Source: Octopus sinensis (lineage: Eukaryota). Taken from it: 64,000 bases of DNA. A program made the position numbers and the translations under genes. Positions within the stretch are counted from its first letter, which is position 1; every line of letters starts with the position of its first letter. Where the stretch lies: assembly GCF_006345805.1 (NCBI RefSeq), contig NC_043013.1, positions 44,702,001 through 44,766,000 on the forward strand, given 5' to 3'. Positions 27,182-40,431 of the stretch are shown one piece after another. The notes under the pieces were generated by a model. The model worked only from the letters and a program-made list of their open reading frames with translations, did no database searches and had not been told where the DNA came from.

Positions 27182-27299
27182 TGTATGTATGTATGTATGT
27201 ATGTATGTATGTATGTATGAATCTATCTATCTATCTTTCTATCTGTTTATCTATCTTTAGAATTTTAAAAATTCAGAAAAAATGGGAGATAAGGATAAC

Positions 27300-28400
27300 T
27301 CGGCAGAGTTTATTGGAAAATATAGTCATACATATAAAGATTTTAGGAAATTTAACACTTTCACATAGGCACTATTGGTTGCCTGCAACATATCTAGACG
27401 ATGTTCAATTTTTGAGCATGTACATTGGAGCATCTGATCAATGTTGGATATGGTTTGATGTAGTTTTTTTCCTTTAGATCATTGAGGGCCTGAAGTTTTG
27501 AACGATATACTCAGTCTTTAATGTAGCCCCATATCTCTAGAGGAGTTATATCTGTTGACCTAAGTGGCCAGGGGACTGGACCGTCTCTTCAAATCCACCA
27601 GTTTGGGAAATTTTCATTGAGAAACTCTCGAACATTCAACACCCAATAGAGCAGCACACCAGCAGTTGGAAACTAACTATTGGCTTCAAGTGCTGCAACT
27701 TCAGTACTACAAATTCTTGAAAAGTGTCAAGGTAGCTGTTTTTTTCTGCAAAACAAAAATGGGCCAAACACTCGAACAAACATGAAGTCGCACCAAACGC
27801 TGACTTTTGAACTGTTTCTTTCCAGTTCTCTTGTTCCGTGTGGGTTTTCTGCATCCCAGCTCCAGATGTTATGCTTATTTATCATTTCTGATGCATGTAA
27901 TGTTGCTTCATAACTGAAGCAAATCTTTCGAAGTAAACCTTTTATCTTCATCTGATCAAGTTAACATGTGAACCACAAATTGTTTCTTTTGGAGTTTGTA
28001 ATCTGACTGAAGTGTTTGCAAATGTTGCGCTTTTTCAGCATAAAACCTCAAGTTATTGTGCAAAAAACTTTGTGAATCATTGAGCTTGGTAAAATTAACT
28101 TTATACTTGTAGTACGAATGTGCCTAGTAGGACTACGATGAATGCTGCTTGAATTCGCTCAACATTATCCATAGATGTTCTCTGTCATCCTACCCTGTTT
28201 TCTGTAGGACGTTTCCTGTTCCCATAAACTTGTTTTATGCCAGACACGGATGCTTACACGAGTTGGTGGTAATTTTCCACGCTTTGTACGGTAATTCTGC
28301 TGGACCTGAGTCTCTGATTTGGTTTCTATGAACTAAATCAGACACTTTGCGCTTCTGGAGTTCTGATTTTCATCAAGAATCAAGAATGATAATAATAAAC
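27300..28400 (-). mobile_element. Decayed Tc1/mariner transposase (DD37D/DD41D-like)
   Basis: ETQVQQNYRTKRGKLPP, ICFSYEATLHASEMINKHNIWSWDAENPH...NSSKVSVWC...FGPF and WPLRSTDITPLEIWGYIKD. Confidence 0.85.
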
Positions 28401-28579
28401 ACTTTTGAAGACAAGCTAAAGTGATTTAAATATTAATACTAAGTACATGAATTAAAACTTCAATAATATTTATTTAACATGTAATGAAGTTGATTGATGG
28501 ATCTCAACTTTAGTAGATACAATTAATTATGGAAGTTGTAAAGATAATTTATGGACCAGCGTGTATGTACATTCATACA

Positions 28580-28657
28580 TAAATTTATACATGCATGCAT
28601 ACATACAAATATACATACATACATACATACATACATACATACATACATACATACATA
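28580..28657 (+). repeat. (CATA)n microsatellite
   Basis: Direct tandem repeat. Confidence 0.9.
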
Positions 28658-29298
28658 CATACATACATACATACATTCACACTACATTATACAGTTCTGG
28701 GAATTTGACAGTTTTACCAAGGTATTGGTAAGTGAAGTGAGTTTTTCAAATCCTTCGTGTTTTAGAGTCTGTTTAGCTTTTGTGATTTAATCTGGTTTGA
28801 GTTTTAGATATCCCTTGTTTTGGGGGGGAGGGGTGATGATAGGAAAGAGGCAATATTGTGGTCTAGTTTAGTGGTCTCCAATATTTTCTCGTGTGTTATT
28901 CCTTTTTAATTGTAAGATACATTCATCTGCTGTTTCTAACAGATCGAGTAAATTTGTAGAGGATCTTTTATTGGCGCATTTGTTTGCTTGTTTTTCATTC
29001 ACCCGAGAGGTTTTGCGTATATTTTTATATTTCTTCCTTTCTTCTTTATTCTTTTACTTCTTTCATCAGCCTCTCACCATGACGTGGTATCGCCACATCA
29101 AAGTTATCAGTCGATCAAATCGACTTCACTATATGTTGTTATCGTTTCTTTAAAGTACCTTTACTGTGTGTCTCTCGCTGAGAGATTTAGAAATAATAAT
29201 GTTTCTGTTTAGCAGATCAGTGATTATATGTCACTTTGAAAACTATATATTTTCGAACGGAGATTTTAGCAGCGCCACCCTCAGCTGAGTGATTGTTC

Positions 29299-29339
29299 TG
29301 TGCCGAAGAAGAGAAATAACCCTGAAACAACGGTCCACA
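29299..29339 (+). ncRNA. Hammerhead-like motif with U4C core
   Basis: TGTG CCGAAGA AGAG...CCT GAAAC AACG GTC CACA. Confidence 0.5.
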
Positions 29340-29941
29340 TTTATTGCTCTGTGCTGAGGTGGGGATGCTGAGCTTCCCTGTTCGAAAACATAAGGAAACA
29401 GATAGTGTATCGTATAGCCAGCTGGAGACAATGCTTCCTGGGACTAAACAACAGTAGCATTCATCCCAACCGGGATTACCATATCATGTTGGCAAATAAT
29501 TTTCACTTTATATATATATACATATATACATACATGCACGTAAATACATATGCATACGTATATATGCATATATACACATAGATATATATATAGATATATC
29601 TATATATATACATAGATATATCTATACATGTAAACATATATATATATATATTTAAATAATGAGGAAGATAAATTGATATTAATTTTAATATCAATTTAAA
29701 ACCAGTAGTCTAGCATACAAAAAATCTGAGAAATCAGAGAAAATTCTAATATATGTGTATATTGGCAGGGCAAGACTGCTAGGCAGTCGGCCGTATGCTA
29801 GAAATAGATCATCAACGATCAAACTACAAAGAAAGTTCTCTAGAGGAAAAATTCAGCGAACACCAGAACCAAATTGGCGGGCAGGACAGATGAAAATTTA
29901 TATTAAAAAAAACAGAATTAATTGCAATTTCATCTGCCATA

Positions 29942-29972
<31 letters not shown>

Positions 29973-30330
29973 ATAATATATATATATATATATATTATAT
30001 TGAGGGTACTACTATTCATAGATACCAAAACGCTAAGAGGGACCAATGCGGTCAAAACTACTAAAAAAATAACAAATTTTACCGAATGCAAAACTTCAAA
30101 AACATCATTTTAAAAAGAATTCAGTTACATATCACATGTGATTTCGCATTTAATGCAGAATATGCATTTCATGTTCGTCAGTGCAACAAACTCAAGAAAT
30201 ATAAGAAAAAACATAACCATTACAAACTCGATAGCCAACCGTAGAATTCGTCGTAGCATGTACGAATGTTTATCCTTACATATCTATGAAAATGGCGGGC
30301 TTTTTTGCAATGCATTTCGGTAATAAATTG

Positions 30331-30389
<59 letters not shown>

Positions 30390-30641
30390 CATATATAAGC
30401 ATATATGTATACATACATATACATATAAACTTACACATATACATACATGAATATACATATATATACACACACACATATACATATATATACACAAACACAT
30501 ATACATGTATATGTGAGTGTGTGCGTGCATGAATGCGTGTGTGCGCGCGCGCGTGCATCAGGTTGGAGAGAAAGTCCTGTCACATTTGAAAATGGGAAAG
30601 AATCAAAAGCTTCTCTGGTTTTAACAGATATTCCTTTATTA

Positions 30642-30742
30642 TTTCATTCTTTTACTTGTTTCAGTCATTTGACTGCGGCCATGCTGGAGCACCGCCTTAA
30701 AGGATTTTAGATGAAGAAATCAACCCCAAGACGTATTCTTTG
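30642..30742 (-). mobile_element. SINE family C 3' fragment
   Basis: TTTACTTGTTTCAGTCATTTGACTGCGGCCATGCTGGAGCACC. Confidence 0.85.
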
Positions 30743-30760
30743 TATATATATTCTTACATA

Positions 30761-30868
30761 TACAGGGGTTGGACAAAATAATGGAAACACCTTAAAATTT
30801 CAAACAAATTTATTTTAATATGGGGTAGGATCACTTTTGGCAGTAATTACAGCTTGAATTCTACGATT
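30761..30868 (+). mobile_element. Solo Tc1-type terminal inverted repeat
   Basis: TA-CAGGGGTTGGACAAAATAATGGAAACACC; no partner end seen. Confidence 0.7.
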
Positions 30869-31834
30869 TTTGGGTCGGCTTTGATTTATAGTTTTCAATC
30901 TTCATTGATACCACCTAATAAGTAAATATTTAAGTATATGAATAAATATTAAACTAAGTCTATGTAATTTTCTTTCTCTCTCTCTCTCTCTCTCTCTTGT
31001 TGTATATTTTGGTATATACTCAAAATTATTCAAAAATCTATCCTTTTGGTTATAATATTTTCTTAATATTTTTTTCTTGATAGCCCTAAAATTTATCTTT
31101 ATGCAATATAACTATATTGTTTAAATCCATGATAAAAATTTCCCCTGTATTATCATCATTGGTTTTATTAGAGTATTGCCCCTTTAACTGGTAATTAATA
31201 CCTTGATTTAAGATCTTCCTTTACCAAATTTCATTATAGCCAGTTAATTTATGCTACTTCAAAATAAATTTTGACAAGTTTTATGACTGTACCCACTATG
31301 ATTCTGTCAACTCCCTCATGCCCTCTATTAACAGACACTGCTCTGTAGACTTAGATTTTGATATATAAAGATTTGATAACAAGACTTTAAATCAAACCCG
31401 ACCCAAAAGTCAGTGACAAGCTAGAACCCTAACAAGTTTCTTTTCTCCTGATTTCTTAGTAGCTTCTAAGCTGAAGTCAAACAGTATCCGACTGATTAAA
31501 TTAATTCTATTTATTTATTTATTTATGAGCTGAGGATAGCTCTGCTTTTAAACTGATGTAATGAACGGTCGTACTGCATCACCTCTGGATATTCTGTCGA
31601 TTATTTTGGTACATACATATAAATTTATATAAATAAGGATAAGATCGTTAATTTAATTATCGATCTGGCCAGCATGGGGATAAAAACCTTCAAAGGTAAT
31701 TTAGGGTATCTAGGAGATACCGCTACGCTGGAAATAGCAGCCAAAACTTGACTCTAAAACCACATTAAATGTCCATACTGCACCGGGAGAGAAGACAAAA
31801 GGACAAGATGAACTAGCAAAAAAATTACTGGATA

Positions 31835-31892
31835 ATTCCAGATCCCGGATTTCTGGCTTTGCATAAGAAATGCTTTGCCTCATCAGTGGAAT
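31835..31892 (-). ncRNA. Type I hammerhead ribozyme
   Basis: ATTCCA CTGATGA GGC...GCC A GAAA TCCGGGA TC TGGAAT: 6-bp stem I, AUC triplet, self-complementary stem III; followed by a ~230-nt tail to ~31610. Confidence 0.72.
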
Positions 31893-31948
31893 ATACACAC
31901 TGTTACATAAATACACACACCACACACACACACACACATATATATATA

Positions 31949-31999
<51 letters not shown>

Positions 32000-32741
32000 G
32001 CATTGGTCCCTCTTAGCGTGTGCGGTCTATGAATAGTAGTACTCTCAATATAATATAAATAAATATTTTCAAAGTGGAAAAATTTACGGATGTTTCTCTT
32101 ACGAGGTTTTTCACGCTAACTACTGATAATTTCTTATAAAGATTTTATCCTCAATTGTAAATAAATATAAATATATATATATATATATATATAAAGGACG
32201 AGCTTCAACACTGCGTCCCGTCTGTCAAATTCATGCAAAAGTCATTGGTATTCGACGAACCCGATCTCTAGTTGGAGCTACTTAATCAAAGAATCACGCA
32301 GTGAGTGCGGCTAAACTTGAAACAATGTTGTTGCGACTCGAATATCCTAAACACACAGCTATGATTGCGCTTTCTTTCGATAACCTCGTGGCAAACAAAG
32401 GAGGCGAATATCATCACCGTCATCATCATCATCAATACCATCGTTATCCCTGTCGTCGTCACCATCGTCGTCATCATCATCCTCGTCGTCGTCGTCGTCG
32501 TCATCATCATCATCGTTATGATTATAATCGTTATCATCCTCATTATTGCCATTATTAACGATAGTGGGATGTTTCCATAATTTCCACGGTGATAAAATAA
32601 TTGCTTTAGAAAAGAAAAGAATTAAAAAAAACTGTGTTCTTCATTAACTTCAGTGGAAACAAATAAGATAAATGTAATAAAACGAATGCAAAAATATAAA
32701 TAAAACTGACAGACGAAACGGAAAATAGGAATCAATAAACA

Positions 32742-32990
32742 GTGTGTGTGCGTGAATACGTGCATGTCTGTGTTTGTCTGTTTGGGCGTATGTGTGTGTG
32801 TGTGTGTGTACATATATGCATGTGCCTGTTTGGGTATGTGTGTGTGATTCTGTTTGTGTGCGTGTTTGTATGTGTGAGTGTGCATGTGTGTGTATATATG
32901 TATATGCAGAAAATGAAATTATTAAGATACATTACTATACATATATATGCATATGTGCGTGTATATATATATGCGTGTGTGTATGTATGG

Positions 32991-33028
<38 letters not shown>

Positions 33029-33168
33029 TATATATATCATAATCATATCTATACATATATATTCTATAATAAACAATGTGTGGGTGTATATATTGTATTA
33101 CAATATATATACGTATATATATATATATATATAATATAAATATATGTATATAATATATATATATTATA

Positions 33169-33207
<39 letters not shown>

Positions 33208-33435
33208 GCATATAATTGCACACGTATTATATAATATATATATATGCATCGATATATATACGCGTACAAATGTATATATTTATGTATATAATATATATAT
33301 CCATATGATGTAACCATATATGCATATGTATATAATATATATTTACAATAAAGGTATATATGTATACGTATGTATAGATATGTGAGTATATTTGTGTGTA
33401 TGTATGTACGTATGTATGAATATATATATATATAT

Positions 33436-33490
<55 letters not shown>

Positions 33491-33580
33491 CGTACGTATG
33501 AATATTCATACATAATATACATACATACATACATACATGCAAACATACATACATATATACATACGTGCGTACGTACATAC
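32742..33580 (+). repeat. (TG)n/(TA)n/(CATA)n compound microsatellite
   Basis: Low-complexity tandem repeats. Confidence 0.9.
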
Positions 33581-33949
33581 AAACATCAAGATGAGTAACA
33601 AAAGTAGATCTTACAACGCGATGAAATAAAAGTAATTAATTAAAAAACAAAGATGGCTAAATAAATATATAAATAAATATATAAATAAATAAATAGATAA
33701 AAATAAAAGATAGCTAAATAGAAATGAGAAGGAGATAAATATAAACAAATGAATATTTTCAGAAGGAAAATTGAGAAAAATCAACCGAAAGTGTACGGAA
33801 ATCTATTTTACATTACAATGGAAGAAAATTGGGAAAAGCAGACGATATCACTGGCACATCAATCTAATATGGAAGTAACGTAAGGATTTTCTTTTTTTTT
33901 TTTTTTTTTTTTTTGTCAGGAGGAGAAAGTATAGTGGTGTGGAGTTCTG

Positions 33950-34514
33950 AAAGCGATGGTAGTGCTGGGTTTTTTGGTAGTAATCGTTGTGATGATGGTA
34001 GGGCTTATGTGTAGGACGGACATATTTAGCTGTGATCGTGATGGTGATAGGAAAGTTTGTTGGGGTGTGGTGATGATGATGGCAATGGCAGTTTACCGCA
34101 GCGGTGGTCATGATGAAGGTAGTGGCGGTGGAGAAGGAGGTGGTGGTGGTGGTGGTGGTGTTGGTGGTAGTGGTGGTCGTCGTCGTCGTGGTTGCTATCA
34201 TTCGCATGGTATTGATGCCCTGTTGTTTTCTTTTAGCATGTTTGGTGTGGTCGAGAAGACCTATGACGGTAGGCCTTTCATTCATGACACAACCAACACC
34301 ACCACCAACAACAACAACAACAACACCATTTATTAAGATGTAAACTGAGGAATATTTGACTGCTATTTCGACCACATAGCGATTCCTCTGTTATCTTGGT
34401 TGCCGTTTGTCGTGGTGGCAGATGGAGTGCTAGATGTAGGCTTCCTTCATAATAGTGTGATTGGCGCTGATGGCAACGATGAAGCTGGTGGTATTGAAGA
34501 AGGGCTTCTTGATT

Positions 34515-34569
<55 letters not shown>

Positions 34570-35120
34570 TGTTGTTGTTGTTGTTGTTGTTGTTGTTGCT
34601 GTTGTTGATGTTTCGACCAAGCAGGAATATTTATGATAGCGAGATTGAAAATTGCCTTAGCTAGATTCGATCATGAGAGATAAAAGAACGGCAGAATTGA
34701 ATTGTAACACTTAACGTTATTATTTGGTTCACAGGTGTGGATAAATATGGAGGCGGTGGGGGGGAGGTAAGGTTGCGATAAGGGAGGAAGGGAATGATAA
34801 TGGTTTAGTCTGTCGTGGTAGCGCTGGTGGCGGCGGTGATAGCGGTGTCGGTGTCGCTGTTGGTGTTGGTATTGGTGGTGTGGTTGATGGTTGGAGTAAG
34901 CAGACGATGGGCTATTACCGATAGTGATGTTGGTTGTACTGGTGTTGTTTCTGTCGTATTTGGTGGTTGTGAGGATGACGATAACAATGACGACGATGAT
35001 ACAGGTGGTGGTGGTGGTGGTTGTGGCGGTGGTGGTGGTGGTGGTGGTTGTGGTGGTGGTGGTGGTGGTGGTGGTGTGGTGGTGGTGGTGGTGGTTGTGG
35101 TGGTGTTGGTTGTGGAGGTT
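33950..35120 (+). repeat. (GGT)n/(GTA)n/(GTT)n low-complexity region
   Basis: Trinucleotide tracts giving poly-V/G/T ORF artefacts. Confidence 0.85.
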
Positions 35121-35210
35121 GATTTTATTGAAAGTGTTTAAGAGAATATTTGAGGAGTTAAAAGTTTAGAAGAGTTTATCTAAATACATTTAACACCACC
35201 ATTTATGGGT

Positions 35211-35622
35211 TTCTTATTTCTTTACTGCCCACAAGGGGCTACACACAGAGGGGACAAACAAGGACTGACAAACGGATTAAGTCGATTACATCGACCCCAG
35301 TGCGCAACTGGTACTTAATTTATCGACCCCGAAAGGATGAAAGGCAAAGTTGACCTAGGCGGAATTTGAACTCAGAAAGTACCGGCAGACGAAATACCTA
35401 TTTCTTTACTACCCGCAAGGGGCTAAACACAGATAGGACAAACAAGGATAGACAAACAGATTAAGTCGATTATATCGACCCCAGTGCGTAACTGGTACTT
35501 AATTTATCGACCCTGAAAGGCAGAATCGACCTCGGCGGAATTTGAACTCAGAACGTAAAGACAGACGAAATACCGCTGAGCATTTTGCCCGGCATGCTAA
35601 CGTTTCTGCCAGCTCGCCGCCT
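35211..35622 (-). mobile_element. SINE family B dimer
   Basis: AAAGAAATA|GGTATTTC junction; flanking TTATGGG duplicated. Confidence 0.9.
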
Positions 35623-36055
35623 TTATGGGCTTCTCTTAGAGACAAGACAGATAGCTAAGCAAGCAGACAGACAGGCACATGCACAGATAGACAAACAAAT
35701 GTCATTATGAATAAGTAAGCCGGTAGATCGTATTCCAGCACGTGCAGTCGGTTCTGGTTCTTGATGAGAAAATTTAACTTTCAAATGGACCAGTCAATCT
35801 AATTATAAATAAGTAACGCATATATTTGTGTGCAAAGACTAAGCGAGAAACAGTGGGTGAGTGAGAAACACAGTAGCGTTACGAACAATCATAATATACC
35901 TTTATGTTGCAATTTATCCATCTACTAATTACAAGGAATTGCAAATTCATTTCTTTTGGAGAGGACGGCTTCTAGAAAGAAAATTCTCTTTTACTTTTAT
36001 GTTTGTTAATTTCCAGGAAACCGGCAACGTCAAAATGTAAATGTAGAATGATATA

Positions 36056-37265
36056 TAGAGGCGGGGTGCTGAAAAGTTCCTGACTTTGAGTAAAAGAAAA
36101 TATAGGAAGATCAGCTAATTACCATTTTACCCAACATATTCCCTTCTCAAATTCACAAAATTATTGCACCGGTCCTTCAGTTTTTCTAAGCCCTGTGAAA
36201 AGGACTCGGAATGTTGGGCCTCCAGCCAAGCCTCTGAAGCAGCGATCAGTTCCGAATCGGTGTGAAATTTCGTTCCCTTGAGATGTTTCTTCAGTTGTGG
36301 AAAGAGGGCCAAATCAGGAGAGTAAGGTGGGTGATCTACCATTTCGAAGCCTAACTGAAAAGTTCCTGGCTTTGAGTAAAAGAAAATATAGGAAGATCAG
36401 CTAATTATTATTTTACCCAACATATTCCCTTCTCAGATTCACAAAATTATTATACCGGTCCTTCAGTTTTTTTTAAGCCCTGTGGAAAGACCTCGGAATG
36501 TTGGACCTCCAACCAGGCCTTTGTAGCAGCGATCACTTCCGAATCGGTGTGAAATTTCGTTCCCTTGAGATGTTTCTTCAGTTGTGGAAAGAGGGCCAAA
36601 TCAGAAGAGTAAGGTGGGTGATCTACTATTTCGAAACCTAAGCATATTTTCCGTAGTTTCATGTGCTATATGTGCTGGTGCGGAGGCGCAATGGCCCAGT
36701 GGTTAGGGCAGCGGACTCGCGGTCGTAGGATCGCGGTTTCGATTCCCAGACCGGGCGTTGTGAGTGTTTATTGAGCGAAAACACCTAAAAAATCTCCACG
36801 AGGCTCCGGCAGGGGATGGTGGTGATCCCTGCTGTACTCTTTCACCACAACTTTCTCTCACTCTTACTTCCTGTTTCTGTTGTACCAGTATTTCAAAGGG
36901 CCGGCCTTGTCACTCTCTGTGTCACGCTGAATATCCACGAGAACTACGTTAAGGGTACACGTGTCTGTGGAGTGCTCAGCCACTTACACGTTAATTTCAC
37001 GAGCAGGCTGTTCCGTTGATTCGGATCAACCGGAACCCTCATCGTCGTAACCGACGGAGTGCTTCCATCATCTGCTGGTGCATTGTCCTGCAAAAACAGG
37101 ACAACACGGCTCAGCTTTCCCCGGCGTTTCTGCTTCAGAGCTTCACGCAGTTCATCTAACAAAGACATAGTATTCTGCGTGGATGATGCGACCCTTTGGC
37201 AGGTATTTTATGAGGAGTACTCCGTCTTATCCTAGAACACTGAAGCCAGAATCTTTCCAGTTGAT
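36056..37265 (-). mobile_element. Mariner relic with tandemly duplicated right end and a SINE insertion
   Basis: LREALKQKRRGKLSRVVLFLQDNAPA, HPPYSPDLA...LKKHLKGTKFHTDSE; TIR-like GAGGCGGGGTGCTGAAAAGTTCCTG; 286-bp units 36069-36354 and 36355-36640. Confidence 0.9.
36682..37072 (+). mobile_element. SINE family A, full length, inserted in the mariner
   Basis: TSD TGCTGGTGC at 36673-36681 and 37073-37081, splitting the DNAPA(H) motif. Confidence 0.95.
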
Positions 37266-38252
37266 TCACAGCCATGCCTATATACGTAGTTGCAATACGA
37301 AAAGACAATTACAAAATTAAGACAGTTTTGTCATTTTTTATGATACATGACCTGATGAAGCGTTTTTCAGATTTTTCGGATTATTGAAAAGGTTGCAAGA
37401 CGCAACGAAAATTTTAGGAAAATAAAAATAAGAAATAAGTGGAAATTTTACCGGTGAGTGTGTTAAATAATAAGGCACAAAAAGAAAACGACTCTCCCCA
37501 GACACAACAGAACATTGTAGAAATTTTTAAAGGATATACGAAAGAAAAGCTATTGCATAAAAGGCTAATATAAAATAAGAATGTGTTAACATTTTTCAGC
37601 AATAGAACGAATAAGGAACGGAGAACCCGGGAGAACCTGAGACACTGTCTCATGCGGCTAGATAAAGTAGAATACGAGACACATTACAGAGCAAATCATA
37701 TTGCAGATACAACAGCAGCAAGATAGAACTCGGTGATTGTCTTAGATAATTTCAAGAGGCACTTGAGGAAGACAAGATGGGAAGGCAACAAGATACGGAG
37801 AAACGTGTGAAAAGATTGAAGACAGTCGTTGGTGCAGAAAGAGAGAATCAGCAGACAGGTCACCAATTACGAGTAGAAGCAAGAGAAGAAGAATGGAAGG
37901 AATGAGAGAAACGATGTCTCTAAGAGTTGATAATGAAAAGTCAAGAACAAAGAAATCAAAGAATTAAGGGTCGAAAACAAAGAACTGCTGCAAGATTAGA
38001 AAATGTGCCGAGTAAAAGAACAATAGAAGGCTGAAGTCGAAGAGGTGAAGTAAGATTAGAAGAATAAAGCGCAAGAACAAAGGAATTCGCAAGAAAATAA
38101 AAGAATAATGAGCCACAAAAGAAATATAGAATGAAACAGAAGTAATGCTGAGAATATGGAGGCTAACACGACATAACAGCTTGCAATACGAAAATAAAAT
38201 GATGGCTTCGTAAAGAAGTACTGAGTATCAATGCAGTAGAGAATTTCACATA

Positions 38253-38264
38253 ATCTCTCTCCCC

Positions 38265-38302
<38 letters not shown>

Positions 38303-38365
38303 CCTATCGCTCTCTCTCTCTCTCTCTTCTCTCTCTCTCCTCTCTCTCCCTATCGCTCTCTCTTT
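38253..38365 (+). repeat. (CT)n microsatellite
   Basis: Direct tandem repeat with CCCTATCG interruptions. Confidence 0.9.
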
Positions 38366-38961
38366 CACACCACCCACTTTGCAGCAAAGAACTTCTTTGT
38401 TGAGAAAACCTACGAAGCTTTATTTAATAAGTGATACCATAAAAATGAAGTTCAGATCCTCAACGATGACATTTCCGGAACACCTGGAAGATATTACGAG
38501 CTGATAACGTCATCCTCGTTATTTCAACCTTGAAGACATCATTGGACCTCGGCACTTTCGTTTTCTTCAATTCGAACTCTCAAAGCTGAAATTCGTGATC
38601 GAAGTTCCTTTTGTTTTAAAGTTTATCATATTTCCGGCATGCTCCAAGTGAGAATGAGATGGAAGACAATTCAATGTCTAATGAAATTAATGTACAATAT
38701 ATCCCTAAAATTATTGTCGCTTTAAATAAGGCTATTATGGAGAATAATGTTTATGCTATGGTGTATGTCAATATGAAAAGACTTTGCTTGGCACGTCAAT
38801 GAAATATCATACAAAATGGTATCAAATGACGATATCGCGTATACCATACGTAGAAATTCGTAAATTTGATAAACAATGATTACACTGAAAACGTTTTCAG
38901 GAAAATAATCCTAACTAAAAAAAACCAATGCTCAGTAACTAAATAAATAAGTTCCCAATAT

Positions 38962-39274
38962 CACCGTGATCACCGCGACCGACCAGGCTATCAGTTGTTG
39001 CTACACATCGCTGGTCACAATGCACTTCGCATTGTTTTAGCCTTCAAATGACTCCACCCCACTGGCTAAGCGAGCAGGCCAACAGAAGAAAAGATTAAGA
39101 GAAAGTTGTGGCAAAAGAGTACAGCAGGGATCGCCACCACCCCCTGCCGGAGCCTCGTGGAGCGTTAGGTGTTTTCGTTCAATAAACACTCACAATGCCC
39201 GGTCTGAGAATCGAAACCGCGATCCTACGACCGTGAGTCCGTTGCCCTAACCACTGGACCATTGCGCCTCCACG
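38962..39274 (-). mobile_element. SINE family A, tail variant 3
   Basis: Same head and body as 23296/36682 but a different tail (GGCCTGCTCGCTTAGCC...GTGACCAGCGATGTGTAGC); TSD AGTTCCCAATAT at 38950-38961 and 39275-39286. Confidence 0.9.
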
Positions 39275-39846
39275 AGTTCCCAATATATTGCTAGATAAAG
39301 ACGGCGAGCTAGCTGAATACTCTGACTTTGCCTTTCATGATTTCGGGGTCGATAAAATATGTATCATTTGAGCACTGGGTCGATTTGATAGTCTTACTCA
39401 CTCCCCCGAAATTGCTGGCCTTGTACCAAACTTTGTAATCAATATATTTCCAGATGAGATTTAAAATATAAGAGTGTAAAAGCCGTTGCAGCCGGAGATG
39501 ATGACCAAATTACAAATTACCCTCAAAGAATCTTTAAAGCAACTTACTCCTTCCGGATTACGTCCTCGTGAGTGAAAACTAAAACTGGTTCCATTATAAG
39601 GTTTATATGTAACTTCAATCCAGGAAAGGTTTAGAATCATTAAGTTAATTGTGCTTTAATTATTGTCAGAGTTTTAACAATCTACAGAATCGCAGCAGAA
39701 ACTATCACCAGCAACAGGAGAAGAGATAATAATTATCAAATGATACGATACAACACTACTTTCTTTACAGTTCTATATTTAAGAAATGAGGAATTATGTA
39801 CATTATTTGCATTCGACGGATATTTGTCCTCATCTTGTTTGTTGTT

Positions 39847-39892
39847 AACACAACGTTTCGACTGATATACCCTCCAGCCTTCATCAGGTGTC
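39847..39892 (-). ncRNA. Minimal type I hammerhead ribozyme
   Basis: GACAC CTGATGA A GGCTG...CAGTC GAAAC GTT GTGTT: 5-bp stem I, 5-bp stem II, vestigial stem III, GUU triplet. Confidence 0.75.
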
Positions 39893-40124
39893 TGGGGGAA
39901 ATTTCGAACCTGGGTTCTCATTCCTAAGATATTTTTTCGATGTTATTATTATTGTTGCTGTTGATGTTGTTGTTGTTGTTGTTGTTGTTGTTATTGTTCA
40001 GGTCACTGCTTGGAATCGAACTCGGAATCTTGGGGTTAGTAGCCCGCGCTCTTAACCACTACATCATATGCCCACGGGCATATGTCGTAGTGGTTCGATT
40101 CCAAGCAGTGACCTGAACAACAGT

Positions 40125-40175
<51 letters not shown>

Positions 40176-40178
<3 letters not shown>

Positions 40179-40380
40179 CAACCTGAAGAAAATTCTAACT
40201 GGGCCCCACCTGCAAGGTCATGTGCTGTTTATCTTGATATGAGATCACCATGTCGCGCACATATGGTTGTGATGCATGTGCCTGGTGTATCTTTATCAGA
40301 CGGGTAGTCATGATGGGTATATTGGGCTTCGTATATTTTACCCCAGTGTCACTTTGATGGCATGAACTGCTCTCTCACTC
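40176..40380 (+). mobile_element. Family D element (3' part) nested in (AAT)n
   Basis: (AAT)n on both sides; matches 19637-20082 and 50561-50696. Confidence 0.85.

Positions 40381-40431
<51 letters not shown>

Noticed and set aside
29998-32050. Inverted 54-bp match (29998-30051 vs 31998-32050) as TIRs of a 2-kb transposon
   Set aside because: Each copy continues with different sequence and the interior is unrelated repeats. More likely two fragments of one family in opposite orientation.
37340-37420. CTGATGA...GAAA as a hammerhead
   Set aside because: Stem I does not pair, and the 3' half belongs to a repeat also found without the core at 1555-1655.
39993-40073. tRNA-like sequence as a functional tRNA gene; also the heads of SINE families A-C
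   Set aside because: A and B boxes are present, but the acceptor and anticodon stems are imperfect and all are fused to element bodies.
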